Shown piece after piece: positions 23,890-35,896 of a stretch of DNA of 64,000 nucleotides. Origin of the DNA: Zygnema circumcarinatum SAG 698-1b (Eukaryota; Plantae; Zygnematophyceae); assembly GCA_037447605.1 (NCBI GenBank), contig CM074819.1, positions 1,882,297 through 1,946,296 of the forward strand, written 5' to 3'. Made by a program: the position numbers and the translations under genes. The first letter of the stretch is position 1. Every line of letters starts with the position of its first letter. The notes below the pieces were generated by a model that was given only the letters and a program-made list of their open reading frames with translations, was not told where the DNA came from and did not search any database.

Positions 23890-26887
23890 TTACCTGCAGA
23901 GACTGCTGGAAGTCGCTGCTTGCCGTTACCACTACCACTAGCATCACGCTGAATCCAATGCTTGCTCCGTCATACCATCCCTCCGCCAACCCCTCCGTGG
24001 GAATGCCAATAGCGACCGAAAGGACGGCGCAAAAAGTCAATATCATCAGGGTCACATCCTGCACAGGAACAAAAAAAATATGAGAAAAACATAACATAAA
24101 TCGACCGGAAAAATAGGTCATGCAGAGTGAAGAATTTGAGAGTATTTGATTAGGTTTGATGCAAATAGGGTTTCATTTGCAGCTTGAAGCATTGAGTTAG
24201 CGACAAGTCCCCTTGGTTACAGGCGAAGGTCAACATTATAGGGAGTGACTTGATGGCGGTTTACTCGGTTCCCTCAGTTAACGAGGTTTTTAGGGTTTTA
24301 GGGTTTTTAGGGTTTGTAGGGTTTTTAGGGTTTTTAGGGTTTTTAGGGTTTTCAGGGGTTTTAGGGTTTTTAGGGTTTGTAGGGTTATTAGGGTTTCTAG
24401 GGTTTCTAGGGTTTTTAGGGTTTTAGGGTTTTTAGGGTTTTNNNNNNNNNNTTTTAGGGTTTTTAGGGTTTTAGGGTTTTAGGGTTGTAGGGTTTTCAGG
24501 GTTTTTAGGGTTTTCAGGGGTTTTAGGGTTTTTAGGGTTTTTAGGGTTATTAGGGTTTCTAGGGTTTCTAGGGTTTTTAGGGTTATTAGGGTTTTTAGGG
24601 TTTTTAGGGTTTTTAGGGTTTTTAGGGTTTTTAGGGTTTCTATGGTTTTTAGGGGTTTTAAGGGTTTTTAGGGGTTTTAGGGTTTTTAGGGTTTTAGGGT
24701 TTTAGGGTTTTAGGGTTTTAGGGTTGTAGGGTTTTCAGGGTTTTCAGGGTTTTTAGGGGTTTTAGGGTTTCTAGGGTTTTAGGGTTGTAAGGTTTTTAGG
24801 GTTTAGGTTTAATGGTTTAAAGCGCCATGTGTTGAGTTGTGAAGAAAACAATGTGAGCAGGCTTGCATGCGGGGTTAACTTATGAGCCACTGATGACGTC
24901 ATCGCCTCTCTCACAATGAAAACACGTGAAATGTCAATGGGAGGCCAATCGAAATCCAAGCTAAGAACATCTGCAGAAATTAGACAAATTTCGAAAAAAA
25001 AAAAGAACTTTTTTGCGTGAGGTGGCTTTCGTACAGACAGTCTCAAAATGAACGAGCCCGTAACCCTTAAAAAAGAAAAAGGGGGAGGGAAGGGGGGGAC
25101 CCATCTGGCCAAAAAAATTTCAATTTTGGCCCCACTGTCTCACCTGCGCTGCATCCCAAACGAAGCTAAAAAAACTTTTTGGCGGTTTTTCGGGCAGTCT
25201 GTTTGATCCAAAAACTTTCTGCCTCTTCCTCTCCTCCTCCATGCTCCACTCAACCCCTTTATGAATACTTATTTTCAGAGCTTCCGCCACTCCCTCCACT
25301 CCTCCAAAATCCTCCAAATGCTTCATGTCTGCCTTCTCTATCAGCTCCTCCAATTCTCGGGCAGAAACATCAAACCCTTCTTCCTTAGCAATTCGGTCAA
25401 ACGTAGATACAGTATCTGGAAGAGCTGAAAAAAACAAAGAAAGGAACAATGAAAGGGAGAGGGAACTGTCACACTCTTTAATTCGTGTCATTTCTCCTGC
25501 AAAGCAACTCTAGGAGTTGAGGAAAGGGATCGGGTGAATGAGGGAGAGAGGGTGGGAGGGGGGTCCGGGGGGGGGCGGGGGAAGGAGAGAGAGGGTGGGT
25601 GCAGGGGAGGAAGGGAGAGAGAGAGCGAGAGAGAGATAGTGGAGGGGTGGCGGGAGGGGAGAGAGAGAGAGGGGGTCTGGGGGGCTGGGAGGAGAGAGGG
25701 AGAAAGAGAAGGGGGGTGGGTTGGGAGAGAGAGGGTGGGGGTGTGCGTGGAGAGGGATAGAGGTGGGTGCGGGAGAGAGTGAGAGAGGGAAGGGGTGCTA
25801 GTGGGGGGGAGAAATAGAAATGGGGTGGGGGGAGAGAGGGAGGGAGGGGGCTAGGATGGGAGAGAGGGATTGAGGAGGGGGAGAGATGGTGGGGAGGTGC
25901 GGGGACGAATAGAGAGAGGGAGGGGGTGTAGGGGGGTGGAGAGAAAGAGAGAGGGCGAGTGAAGGGGGGAGAGGGAGGGAGAGGGCGTGCTAGGGAGTGT
26001 AGAGAGAGCGAGAGTGTGGAGGGAAATAATGGGGGAGGAGAGAGGAGGAATGTGGGCTAGGAGGGAAGCGAGAGTGGGGTAGTGCAAGGGGGAGAGAGAG
26101 GGGGAGGGGGAGCTAAGGGGGTAGAGAGAGAGACTGAGGATGGTGGGGCAGAGAAAGGGGGGGAGAGAGAGAGAGCGCGAGAGAGAGAGAGAGCGAGAGA
26201 GAGAGAGGAACCTGCTTGAAACCTCCGCATAGCTTCCAATGTGAGGGCTCCCACACGAAACTGGTGCAAAGAACTCATGCTCTGAAATACACACATTTTC
26301 ATAAAGGGGGCAAAAGGGATATCAATATTGACAAAACCAAAGAACAGTGGAAAAAATAATCACAGGGAATACGAATTTCAATTTTCAAAACGTATGTGGA
26401 CAAAAAACAACATAATATACCACGAGGAGCACAAAGGCTTCAACCTAAAGCCTTTCTATTTTTCACAGTTCCGCCCTGAACCCTGAAACCGTCAACCTTA
26501 AACCCTCATAACTGACCATCCTAAACCCCCGAACCCTAATCCCAAAAGCCGGAAACCCTAAACCCTGACCATCCTGCACCCTAAACCCCAAACCCCAAAC
26601 CCCGAACCATAAACCATAAACCCTAAACTCTAAACCCTAAACCCTAAACGCTAAACTATCAACCCCAGCCCCTGCTCCCTGACCTTCATCCGCTTCTGCA
26701 GGTTGGCGGTGTAGCGGAAGCGGCGGTTGGCGTTGAGCACAAGGGAGGCCCTCCGCCACCGCTCGAGCGTTTCCATGTCGGCGTTCCGTTCCAACTGAAA
26801 GTCGTTCAGGTTAACGGAACGGAACCATGAGCTTCTCCGTTGGAGGTCATGCTCGCGGGGGAGGACCTCCCCCGCTTCCTCCGCCAT
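12585..26887 (-). CDS. ACA: P2B-type autoinhibited calcium-transporting ATPase (ACA/PMCA type), ~1051 aa, 15 exons
   Basis: Exons (minus): 26887-26684, 26281-26212, 25424-25144, 24058-23894, 23347-23194, 22969-22764, 20048-19917, 19542-19273, 17325-17011, 16633-16391, 15835-15689, 15447-15292, 14763-14592, 13541-13243, 12926-12585. All introns are GT-AG and the total of 3156 nt is in frame. Motifs: N-terminal CaM-binding autoinhibitor [39 protein letters not shown], phosphorylation site [48 protein letters not shown] and FNEFNAR. Confidence 0.96.
13590..14460. repeat. GA-rich low-complexity tandem repeat filling ACA intron 13
   Basis: Recurring GGGAGA/GGGAAGGGGAGA units with periodic GGACGGGGCGA and GGGGCGATGG variants. 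Confidence 0.85.
15858..16175. repeat. Degenerate (TTTTGGG/TTTAGGG)n telomere-like tract in ACA intron 10
   Basis: Visible GGGTTTT/TTTAGGG repeats. Confidence 0.65.
17560..19005. repeat. 77-bp polypyrimidine minisatellite (~18-19 copies) in ACA intron 8
   Basis: Anchor GCTACC recurs at 17801, 17878, 17955 and onward (period 77). Confidence 0.92.
20298..22750. repeat. Compound minisatellite GATGCAAAAATAGGGTTTAAAAGGGAACCGAGAGAGGGAGGTA(GGGA)n, >30 copies, in ACA intron 6
   Basis: Constant ~40-nt core separated by variable-length (GGGA)n spacers. Confidence 0.92.
24285..24808. repeat. Interstitial telomere-like array (T4-5AGGG)n in ACA intron 3
   Basis: Tandem TTTTAGGG/TTTTTAGGG units with a 10-N gap inside. 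Confidence 0.9.
26475..26660. repeat. Degenerate (AAACCCT)n tract in ACA intron 1
   Basis: Repeated TAAACCCT/AAACCCC units next to the first donor site. Confidence 0.7.
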
Positions 26888-27418
26888 GGATGAGGGAGAC
26901 CTTCAACCCTAGAGGCCTTGAACCCTGGGAGGCTTAGACCCTTCCAGCGAGAAAGGGGTGAAGCTATAAAAGACTGTATTGTAGGGGTTTGGAAGCTTGG
27001 AACCTAGGACCGAGAGAGAGGGAGAGAGAGAGAGAGAGAGAGACAGGGAGAGGGAAAGAGGGAGGGAGACAGATAGAGGGAGGGGCAAGGAGAGGGAGGG
27101 AATGGGAGACAGAGGAGTTAAAGAGGGAGGAAGAGAGCGGGAGAGATAGTGAGAAGGGAGAGCGGGCGGGGGGGGCGGGAGCGGTTTTTCCACGGGCCTA
27201 ACGGTAAGCCCCGTGCCGTCACCAAAGTCAGGTACCGTACTGTAAGTCTTAACGGCAAAATGTACGGTCGTTCCATGATGGACGGCACTTCTTGAAATAT
27301 AGTTTAGTTAAACGGGTAGGATAACGTGCAGCCGAACAGGTTGAGAAATGGAACAGTTGTTTTTGAATTCTAAAAGTGTTGAACTGAGACTGTACATTCA
27401 ACGTCGGAATTTTTTCGA

Positions 27419-28132
27419 TTTAAAAAGGAAAGTGCTATTTACAGTGTCCTTCTCCTGAATGTAGTGTACTTTTTCGCCGGGCAGCTTGTACAAAGGATTT
27501 TTTTTGCGAAAAATGCGTTTCATACTTTTCAGAATAGATACAAACCTTTTTTCGTCGGATGTACGGATAGTGATTTGAAATGTACGAAGCGCGCGCGTCT
27601 ACAAGGTATAAGGGCGCAACACGTGGAGCGACATGATTGGTCGCGATAACATATGACGTGACAAGTATGTTTGGGACCGTGACGTGACGAAACGAGACGC
27701 GACAAAAGTGGAGTCCGCGGACGGCAGTCGGAAATTGGCGGGAATTAAAACTGACAGAAAAGGATAGGGCACATAACGTAGCGTGTTTCAGGAAAAATCT
27801 GTCAGTTTTAATTCCCGCCAATTTCCGACTGCCGTCCGCGGACTCCACTTTCTTCGCGTCTCGTTTCGTCACGTCACGGTCCCTAACATACTTGTCACGT
27901 CATATGTTGCCGCGACCAATCATGTCGCTCCACGTGTTGCGCCCTTATACCTTGTAGACGCGCGCGCGTCGTACATTCAAATCACCATCCGTACATCCAA
28001 CAAAAAAGGTCTGTATCTATTCTGAAAAGTATGAAACAGCATTTTTCGCAAAAAAAACCTTTGTACAAGCTGCCCGGCGAAAAAGTACAATACATTCAGA
28101 ACAAGGACACTGTAAATAGCATTCTCCTTTAA
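27419..28132. repeat. Long inverted repeat (~340-bp arms, ~40-bp spacer), foldback/MITE-like
   Basis: 27419-27758 is the reverse complement of 27799-28132 with scattered substitutions (e.g. ...GGAATTAAAACTGACAGA / TCTGTCAGTTTTAATTCC...). Confidence 0.9.
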
Positions 28133-28137
28133 AAAAT

Positions 28138-30641
28138 GGGTAGTGATATTTCCACCCCTTTTTTGGATCCAAACACCCCTTCCCGGCCGGGCAGATTTCA
28201 AAAAGGATTAAAAACGGAAAATGCTTTTTTCACACCTTTTTGGAATCGATACCCACCCTCCATCGGCAAATCATATTTTTGCGAAACAAGGAAAATGATA
28301 ACCCGTCAACCCATTTTGAATATCCCGCCTACTGAATTTTTTTTCACGCGTGCGGTCAATCGCAGCCGTCGATTCCCTCGCAGATCGCAACACGGCAGAT
28401 CACTATTTGATCTGCAGCCGGGCTCGGTCACAGCGAATGGCACTTGCCCACGTATCCCGCCAAAGTCGTCTCAAAAGTTTGTCCGTACAAATGTGGTACG
28501 GTCGCAACTTTGAGGAACCCAAAATTTCATACATTGAGAGCTTGAACCAATCAAAAATTTCCACGTCGATATGTATCACGTGGCAGAAGTTGATTGGCTG
28601 GAAGCAACGTGGCGAATCTGAGGCCAGGGCGCGCGGCACTGGCGGCGGAGTCCCCGGTTTTGAGCGGGACTGGTGGCGCTTTCCATTCAGTTGAGATCAG
28701 GCCCGGCTTCAGAGTCGGGCGGTGATCTCCGTGGTGGATCTCCGAGGGAAGTGCGACAGCTGCGATGACACACATGTGAAGGACGGACACCAGAGCAATG
28801 CTCGTCGCGGGCGGACCTGTTGGTGCAGGGCCAGAGGGCAGACTTCAAGGAAGGGATAAATACATGCCCGGATGAAGCTCAAAACTTTCTTCATCTTCCA
28901 CTTGGGCCACATACCGCTTCCTCCACGATCTGCCTTCCATCCACCCCTTGCCAGGTGCGCACAGCGGAAACTAAAAGCGCCACCTACAAGAACACTTCAA
29001 CTCCTCCATGGTCTCGGCTCCTCAAGTCCACGCTCCTCCAATGATCTCCTCGTGTGGAGCAACACACCGCCCATACAATGGTCGCCTCCACTCATCCACC
29101 ACGTCAATCCAACACGAGGACTCACATGACAAATGATGCAGTAGTAAGGAGAAAGCCCACGGCCCCAAAACTCCTTAAACTTCATGAGTGTAATACAAGC
29201 TCTTCTAAGAAATCTACATAATCCCTTATGCTAGATTCTCCTCCTCACATGAGCGCTATCCTATCCTCTGATAGACAGCCTACACCCCAACTGCAGTAGC
29301 CAAGCACTAACTGCCTCCATGAACTCCTCCTCTACCTCAACACATGAGGGACACATCATCTAACTTCTTCACTAAAGCTTAGCATGATGAGAGCTAGTTC
29401 CTTTCACGACCTTCATACACAAGGCCGGACTCCTCTAGGCCTCAGCCTCTGCCTACTCTTCCTAACACGAAGGTTGAGCAGCATAACATTCAGAGAGAGT
29501 AAGTTGAGCGAGTGAGTTTGCTCCCTTTTGAACAACAATGGCGATGTGACGTGACACAAGTTGTCACGTCACGGCCGGCCCTTGCATCCGGCAAAGCGGC
29601 GCACCCAATTAGCGACCTACGATAGTGGTCCCGTAAACCTATAGTGGCACCGACCTACGCTTTGCCCAGCCGTACAGTTTCACCAAGCGGCGGGTCCCCT
29701 TTTTGGTCCCTTCTCACTTTTCCGGCAGCCGACCTTTCTTCCGTACGCTCAGACCCGCCGACCCACTACCGAGTGGTCCACGTGGCGTGGCCTGACTCGT
29801 CACCGACTTCCTGAAGCGCCTCCACTGACGCTTCACTCCGCCGCTTCGCGCACCGCCTCAAAAGTCCTCTAGTTGTGCCATGTGTCGCGCGCTCCGTACT
29901 CCGCCCTCGCGCCGCGACCAATCAGCGCACTCCGTCATCTCACATATTCTCCACCGACATTGCCGAACCATGCGTCACGTCACGCATAGAGACGAGCCGC
30001 GATTCGCGTGCTGTCGCGACCAATCATGTCGCTTCACGCAAATCCGCCTCTCGCGCTTCCAAATCTCCGCGTCCGTCAACTTCCGCGTCGTCCGTACAAT
30101 TCGCGCGCCGTCCGTACGGCCGCGCTCCAAATCCGTCCAGGCGCACTCCGCGCGCCCCCTTTGGTTCGATCTAAGTCAAGGCCGCAAACCTACGACCCTA
30201 GACTATTCCTAGACCTGCCGTACCGTGCCCTAACGATACGGGCACCACCCATGTTAGGTCCATTACCGAATCACTCATGCATGACATTGTCCCTACACCA
30301 AAACATTGATGTCCCCGACAACATTCATGCTAGGAACTAAGTACCAACAACTTGATGTACCTCATACATCAACAGGACCTTCCGCTCCGAGCGGATTCGG
30401 GCAGGCAGATATTTCTTTCCCTCAAAAAAAAAATTCAGGGAGGCGGGATACAGTATTCAAAATGCAGTGACGGGGTATCATTTTCCTTGGTTAGCAAAAA
30501 TAAAATCAGCCGACGGAAGAAGGTGGGTATCGATTCCAAAAAGGTGTGCAAAAAGCATTTTCCGTTTTTAATCCCTTTTGAAATCTGCCCGGCCGGGAAT
30601 GGGTGTTTGGATCCAAAAAAGGGGTGGAAATATCACTACCC
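28138..30641. mobile_element. Non-autonomous DNA transposon with ~205-bp TIRs (Mutator/foldback-like), interrupted by a solo LTR
   Basis: TIRs GGGTAGTGATATTTCCACCCC... (28138-~28343) and ...GGGGTGGAAATATCACTACCC (~30424-30641). Flanking direct repeat TAAAAAAT (28130-28137; 30642-30649). No transposase ORF. Confidence 0.8.
28818..30374 (-). mobile_element. Solo LTR of the copia-related family (1557 bp)
   Basis: TGTTG...CAACA termini with 5-bp TSD GGACC (28813-28817; 30375-30379). Shares GGAGAAAGC..AAAACTCCTTAA and the TGACGTGACA..TGTCACGTCA palindrome with the copia LTRs at 37926 and 60394. Confidence 0.85.
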
Positions 30642-32122
30642 TAAAAAATGAACAATTTGAATTGAATTTGAATTTTTCACAATGTATTATTCTAGACTCC
30701 ACCACGTCAGATTCGGCCAAATCAGAGGACCCGGTCAAGATCTGGTCTGACTTTGCTGTACCATTGTTTTAACAGATCATGACAAAAGTACCGTAAGGTT
30801 TGGTCCGGTCCTTTTCAGGGCAAATCAATGACTGCCGTACCATACACTCAGATAGCGTATCAGATTCTTCCGGGCGGGCACCGACACATCAGAATCGCAA
30901 ACGGCCAACGGAGAGATAAGCACAAGGAGACAAATCTACATTCTCCAAAATAATTAGGATAAACCGAAATAAACCAATCAAAGTTCGCCACGTCATAACA
31001 GTAATAGTTGGACCTCAAAAACAAATCAAAAATTTTGTCACATCTGCTCACACAGTCATTAGGAGGCATGCCAGAACAAGCTGACAAATCAGTTTGACCG
31101 TACGATGTACAGATTCGGAGCACCTGGGGGCGAGCTCCAGCCGACTGCTCGCTCCCTTCCGCCAACCATAAGCCGCCACCTGGAACATACGGATCCGCTC
31201 GCAATCGCCTCCTCCCTCCCTCTCTCCCTCTCCCTCTCCCTCTCTCCCCCTCGCCCTCCCAATCTCTCCATCGTCCTCTCCCTCCCCCTATCCCTCTCCC
31301 TCTCGCTCTCCCCCCCTCACCCTCCCCCTCTCTCCATCGTCCTCTCCCTCTCCCTCTCCCTCTCCCACTTCCACTTCCTCTCCCTCTCCCTCTCCCTCCT
31401 CTCTCTTTCTCGTTCAGTTCTTGATGTAAGCCGGCGAGCACTGTGCCTGCAAAGCCCCTCCCTTTCGTCTTTGTCCGAGCACTATCTTTGGTATGCATTT
31501 ATCAGTTCTCCGCTGCCTCCTCACCCTCTCTCCTTTTCTCCCTTCGTTTCTCGCTCGCTCCCTCGCTCTCTCCCTCTCTCTTTCCGTCTCGCATTGCCCG
31601 TTTTATCTTTCTATGAGTCTTCCCCTGTCTTGCTGCGATCATGTGACTCTGCCCGTATCCCCGCCACCTTCACTTCTCACCTCTTATCCTCTGTCCCTCC
31701 CTCTCTCCCTCGCTCCCTCTGTCCCTCTCTCCCTCTCTCCCTCCCCCCACCATCCCTCCCACTGCCTCCCCCGCTTTATCCCACTCTATCTCTCTCCTCT
31801 CGTTTCCACCCCGCCTTTCCCTTCCCTCACTCTTTCTTCCTCTCCCTCCCCCTGGCTCTCTCTCTCTCTTGCACTCCCCTCACCTCCCACCCTTGTCCTT
31901 CCTCTCACGCACCCCCTCTCCCCTTCATCTTTCCCTCCGTCTCTCACTCCCTCTCTCGCTTTCCCCTCCCCCCCTCTCACTCCCACTCTCGCTCTCCCCT
32001 CCCCCCCCTCTCACTCCCTCTCTCGCTCTCCCATCCCCCTCTCACTCCCACTCTCGCTCTCCCCTCCCCCTCTCACTCCCTCTCTCGCTCTCCCCTCCCC
32101 CTCTCACTCCCTNNNNNNNNNN

Positions 32123-34602
32123 GTCCCTTTCCGAGTTGCGCGCGGACTGCGCGGGGACGCCCCGTGCAGTCCGTGCCCGCTCACCAGCGGCTTGCGCCTC
32201 CCAATATAAGTTCACGAGCTCTTGGCAATGGGTCAAATTGCCGTCTTTCTCCCACGTGCTATGTTCAACCCAATAGCCCAGCCACTTCAAGAGATATTCG
32301 TGGCGGGAGGTCTGACCCCTGTTCACGGTTCGGTGGGTCTGAATGGACTCGACCTGCGTACTTTCGAGGTCGCCTTCAATATCCTTTGGGGGTGGAGGTG
32401 AAACAGTCTCCGTGCTCAAATGGCGCTTTAAGCGGGGCGCTCATGAAACACGGATGTATCTTCATGTAGGCGGTAAAAAACAACTTAGCGACCGTAATCG
32501 CGGCTCAAGACGAATGGCCGATGAACGTGGCCCACAACTACGGGTTCCCCGTAAGCCTTGATCTGAGTTCGCGGTACCTTTCGGCGGCCGTCGCCCGGTG
32601 GGCATTGAGCTGGAGTCCGTTCTTGATCGACATAGGTCTTCTGTCGGGACTGTGCTGCCAGCAGTGTCTGCCTTGCACGCTGCACAGCTTCGGACATGAG
32701 TCGAACAAAAGATCTAAGGGCGGGTGGGTGATCCCCCCCAGCTCCTCTCAAGCCCCAAGGGTCATCGTCCCGGTGGATGCCTTCATTCCACGAGGACGGT
32801 GGCTGATCCCTTGGCTGCAGGGGATTTAGAGGATGCTGACCATAATTTAGAAAGAAGGGGGTCGTACCGATTGATTCCTGATGAGCATTGTTGATGGCGT
32901 ACTCCGCCAATGGGAGCAAGGTATCCCACTCATCCGGCGTGGGTCCCACGTAATGCCGCAGGAAATCTTCCACAATGCGGTTGACCCTCTCCGTCTGGCC
33001 GTCAGTTTGCGGATGGAAAGCTGTGCTGAGCGCTTGCTTGGTGCCCACGATTTTCAGAATTTCAGTCCAAAAGTGACCGGTAAATCGGGGATCCCTGTCA
33101 GAAACAATGGTGGACTAAACCATCCAAGCTCCACACCTTGTCGACGTAGAGTCGCGCCACCTCTTCCGCCCCAGCGGACTTCTGAGTAGGTGCAAAGTGC
33201 ACCATTTTGCTGAGACGGTCGACAAACACCATAATAGCATCGTGACCCCGTGGGGTTTCTGGTAAATCTGTGATTAGATCCATACCGATGCTCTCCCACT
33301 TACGGAAAGGGGGAGTGAGTGGTTGAAGCTGGCCAGGAATCCTGCCAGTGCGGGGCTTATTACGTTGACAGGTTGGACAGGCCAGCACATATGCCGACAC
33401 ATCCGTCGTGAGTCCCGGCCACCAAAACTCACGGAGTACTGCCTCGGAGGTTTTGGCAACACCCATGTGGCCCCTGTAAGGAGGATCGTGCATCTCACTT
33501 AGAATGAGCTGCCNNNNNNNNNNAGCAGACTCACATGAAACACCGGATGTATCTTCATGTGAGCCGGTAAAGCCAACTTGTAAGCGACTTCGCCAATGCG
33601 GCTCAAGACCTTGAATGGCCCGATGAACCGTGGCCACAACTTACGGGTTCCCCCGTAAGCCTTCAGTCTCAGGTTCGCGGTACTCAGCAGCACGTCCGCC
33701 CCAGGCTGGAACGTGAGCTGAGTCCGTTTGCGATCAGCATAGGTCTTCTGTCGGGACTGTGCTGCCAGCAGTGTCTGCCTTGCACGCTGCACAGCTTCGG
33801 ACATGAGTCGAACAAAAGATCTAAGGGCGGGTGGGTGATCCCCCCCAGCTCCTCTCAAGCCCCAAGGGTCATCGTCCCGGTGGATGCCTTCATTCCACGA
33901 GGACGGTGGCTGATCCCTTGGCTGCAGGGGATTTAGAGGATGCTGACCATAATTTAGAAAGAAGGGGGTCGTACCGATTGATTCCTGATGAGCATTGTTG
34001 ATGGCGTACTCCGCCAATGGGAGCAAGGTATCCCACTCATCCGGCGTGGGTCCCACGTAATGCCGCAGGAAATCTTCCACAATGCGGTTGACCCTCTCCG
34101 TCTGGCCGTCAGTTTGCGGATGGAAAGCTGTGCTGAGCGCTTGCTTGGTGCCCACGATTTTCAGAATTTCAGTCCAAAAGTGACCGGTAAATCGGGGATC
34201 CCTGTCAGAAACAATGGTGGACTAAACCATCCAAGCTCCACACCTTGTCGACGTAGAGTCGCGCCACCTCTTCCGCCCCAGCGGACTTCTGAGTAGGTGC
34301 AAAGTGCACCATTTTGCTGAGACGGTCGACAAACACCATAATAGCATCGTGACCCCGTGGGGTTTCTGGTAAATCTGTGATTAGATCCATACCGATGCTC
34401 TCCCACTTACGGAAAGGGGGAGTGAGTGGTTGAAGCTGGCCAGGAATCCTGCCAGTGCGGGGCTTATTACGTTGACAGGTTGGACAGGCCAGCACATATG
34501 CCGACACATCCGTCGTGAGTCCCGGCCACCAAAACTCACGGAGTACTGCCTCGGAGGTTTTGGCAACACCCATGTGGCCCCTGTAAGGAGGATCGTGCAT
34601 CT
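32123..34602 (-). mobile_element. Ty3/gypsy chromovirus integrase and chromodomain fragments (family A), partly duplicated across gaps
   Basis: HHCC zinc finger (HDPPYRGH...CPTC), rve core ([27 protein letters not shown]), GPY/F (FIGPFKV) and chromodomain (EYLLKWLGYWVEHSTWE). ~32630-33493 and ~33738-34600 are near-identical. Confidence 0.9.
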
Positions 34603-34612
34603 NNNNNNNNNN

Positions 34613-34791
34613 CCAATCAGCGCCGCTCGTTCGTACTCCGCGCACTCGCGGCGCACTCACCTGAGTCAGAGCACCGACATTCCTCAATCTAAGAGCACTA
34701 CGCCTAGCAGATCTCATGTTCTACAAACTGAGTACCACAACAAGTTAGTGTGTGCCATACAATGTCTAACTATCATACACTAACACTAACA
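34613..34791 (-). mobile_element. 5' end of a copia-family LTR (fragment)
   Basis: Ends ...CTATCATACACTAACACTAACA, the same terminus as the copia LTR at 43862 and the reverse complement of 60394. Confidence 0.75.
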
Positions 34792-34899
34792 CAATATCTG
34801 TCTGCTTGTTTGCTTGCTTGTTTGCTCGCCTTCTTGCTTGCGTGTCTCCCTCCCTCCTTCCTTTCCTCCTACCTCCCTGCCTCCGTCCATCACATTTTT

Positions 34900-35154
34900 C
34901 AATTGTCAATAGCAGCTGCCGATGCAGGGTGACCGAGAACTGCTTGAGCAACTTTGGCAAGCGTTGGATAGTCCAATTGGACCTTCCTCCAGTAGTTGAG
35001 AATATCTTTGTAAGGTACATCCTCAAACGTTGGATTTTCTTTTGTCAAATATCCCTCTAACTCGCCATTGATTCGCTCATGTGCAGTAGGTGGCCTTATG
35101 GCCTCTCCGTCTTCAAGCTTGTCTCGCCCACCATCGTCAAGAATTCCCAAATTT
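34900..35154 (-). pseudogene. hAT transposase C-terminal dimerisation-domain fragment
   Basis: ELEGYL...DILNYWRKVQLDYPTLAKVAQAVLGHPASAAAI matches the hAT dimerisation pattern (W..yP.La.lA...L..paS). Truncated by an LTR insertion at 35155. Confidence 0.8.
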
Positions 35155-35579
35155 TGTTGGTGCAGGGACTCCTCCACTGCTGCCGGCTTCTCCACTCGCA
35201 TCACCTTCCATCGGAGTTCGCGTTCCAATCGATGATGACATTTCCCAAACTCTCACATTCACTCATAGCCCATTTTACTCACAGAGTGAACCTCTCAGAA
35301 TATGCACAGCGGAATAACAGAGAGAAAAGGATAGGAGAAAGCTCTCGGCTCTAAAACTCCTTAATAATAATCTTATCAACACAAAATGAGAGACCCCCTC
35401 TCAAATAGCCCAATAAACTCAAAAGCTCACTACCTCGCAGCACAAGCAAGTGTAATGTTCAGCAACACGAGCATCAGCTTCTCAAAGTCTACAATAGCTA
35501 CGTTGATAATCTGAAGTTAAAGATAAACAACCAAACTAAACAACACACTATATACTATGTCACAACATCCGTGACACTA
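35155..35579 (-). mobile_element. Copia-family LTR (divergent variant, U5/R end) inserted in the hAT fragment
   Basis: Begins TGTTGGTGCAGGG like 28818. Contains GCACAGCGGAA..GGAGAAAGCTCTCGGCTCTAAAACTCCTTAAT, homologous to 38090-38152. Confidence 0.8.
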
Positions 35580-35896
35580 NNNNNNNNNNCGCGTCGACAT
35601 TTTGACGCCGCATCGCGTCAAGTCCGAATCGTTCAATCCAAAGGTTGACGCCGCGCCGCGTCACTTCTGATTCGCGCGCAGATTCGCGCGTCGCGCCAAT
35701 CCTTCAATTCGCTCCGCGGCCGCGTCCGCGCCACGTCACTTTTCGATTCGTCACGTTGCGCCTCGTCACTTCTGACTCCGTCGCGCCGCGCCTCTTCCAC
35801 CGACCAAATGTCCGTACCCCCGCCTACTAACTTAGGCGCGCACCGCCGCCAATCTCCGTCACCAGGATACACGAACAAGATGTATCGATGTGTTCG

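Noticed and set aside
30860-32112. Possible terminal exons of another host gene on the minus strand (e.g. ~31180-31089)
   Set aside because: Short coding-like islands in polypurine DNA with no recognisable homology or consistent frame, cut by a gap.
32630-34602. Double integrase
   Set aside because: Identical sequence on both sides of an N gap, so a probable assembly artefact.
35590-35896. GC-rich CCAAT-containing fragment abutting gypsy RT
   Set aside because: It resembles LTR interior but has no clear terminus or TSD, and follows a gap.
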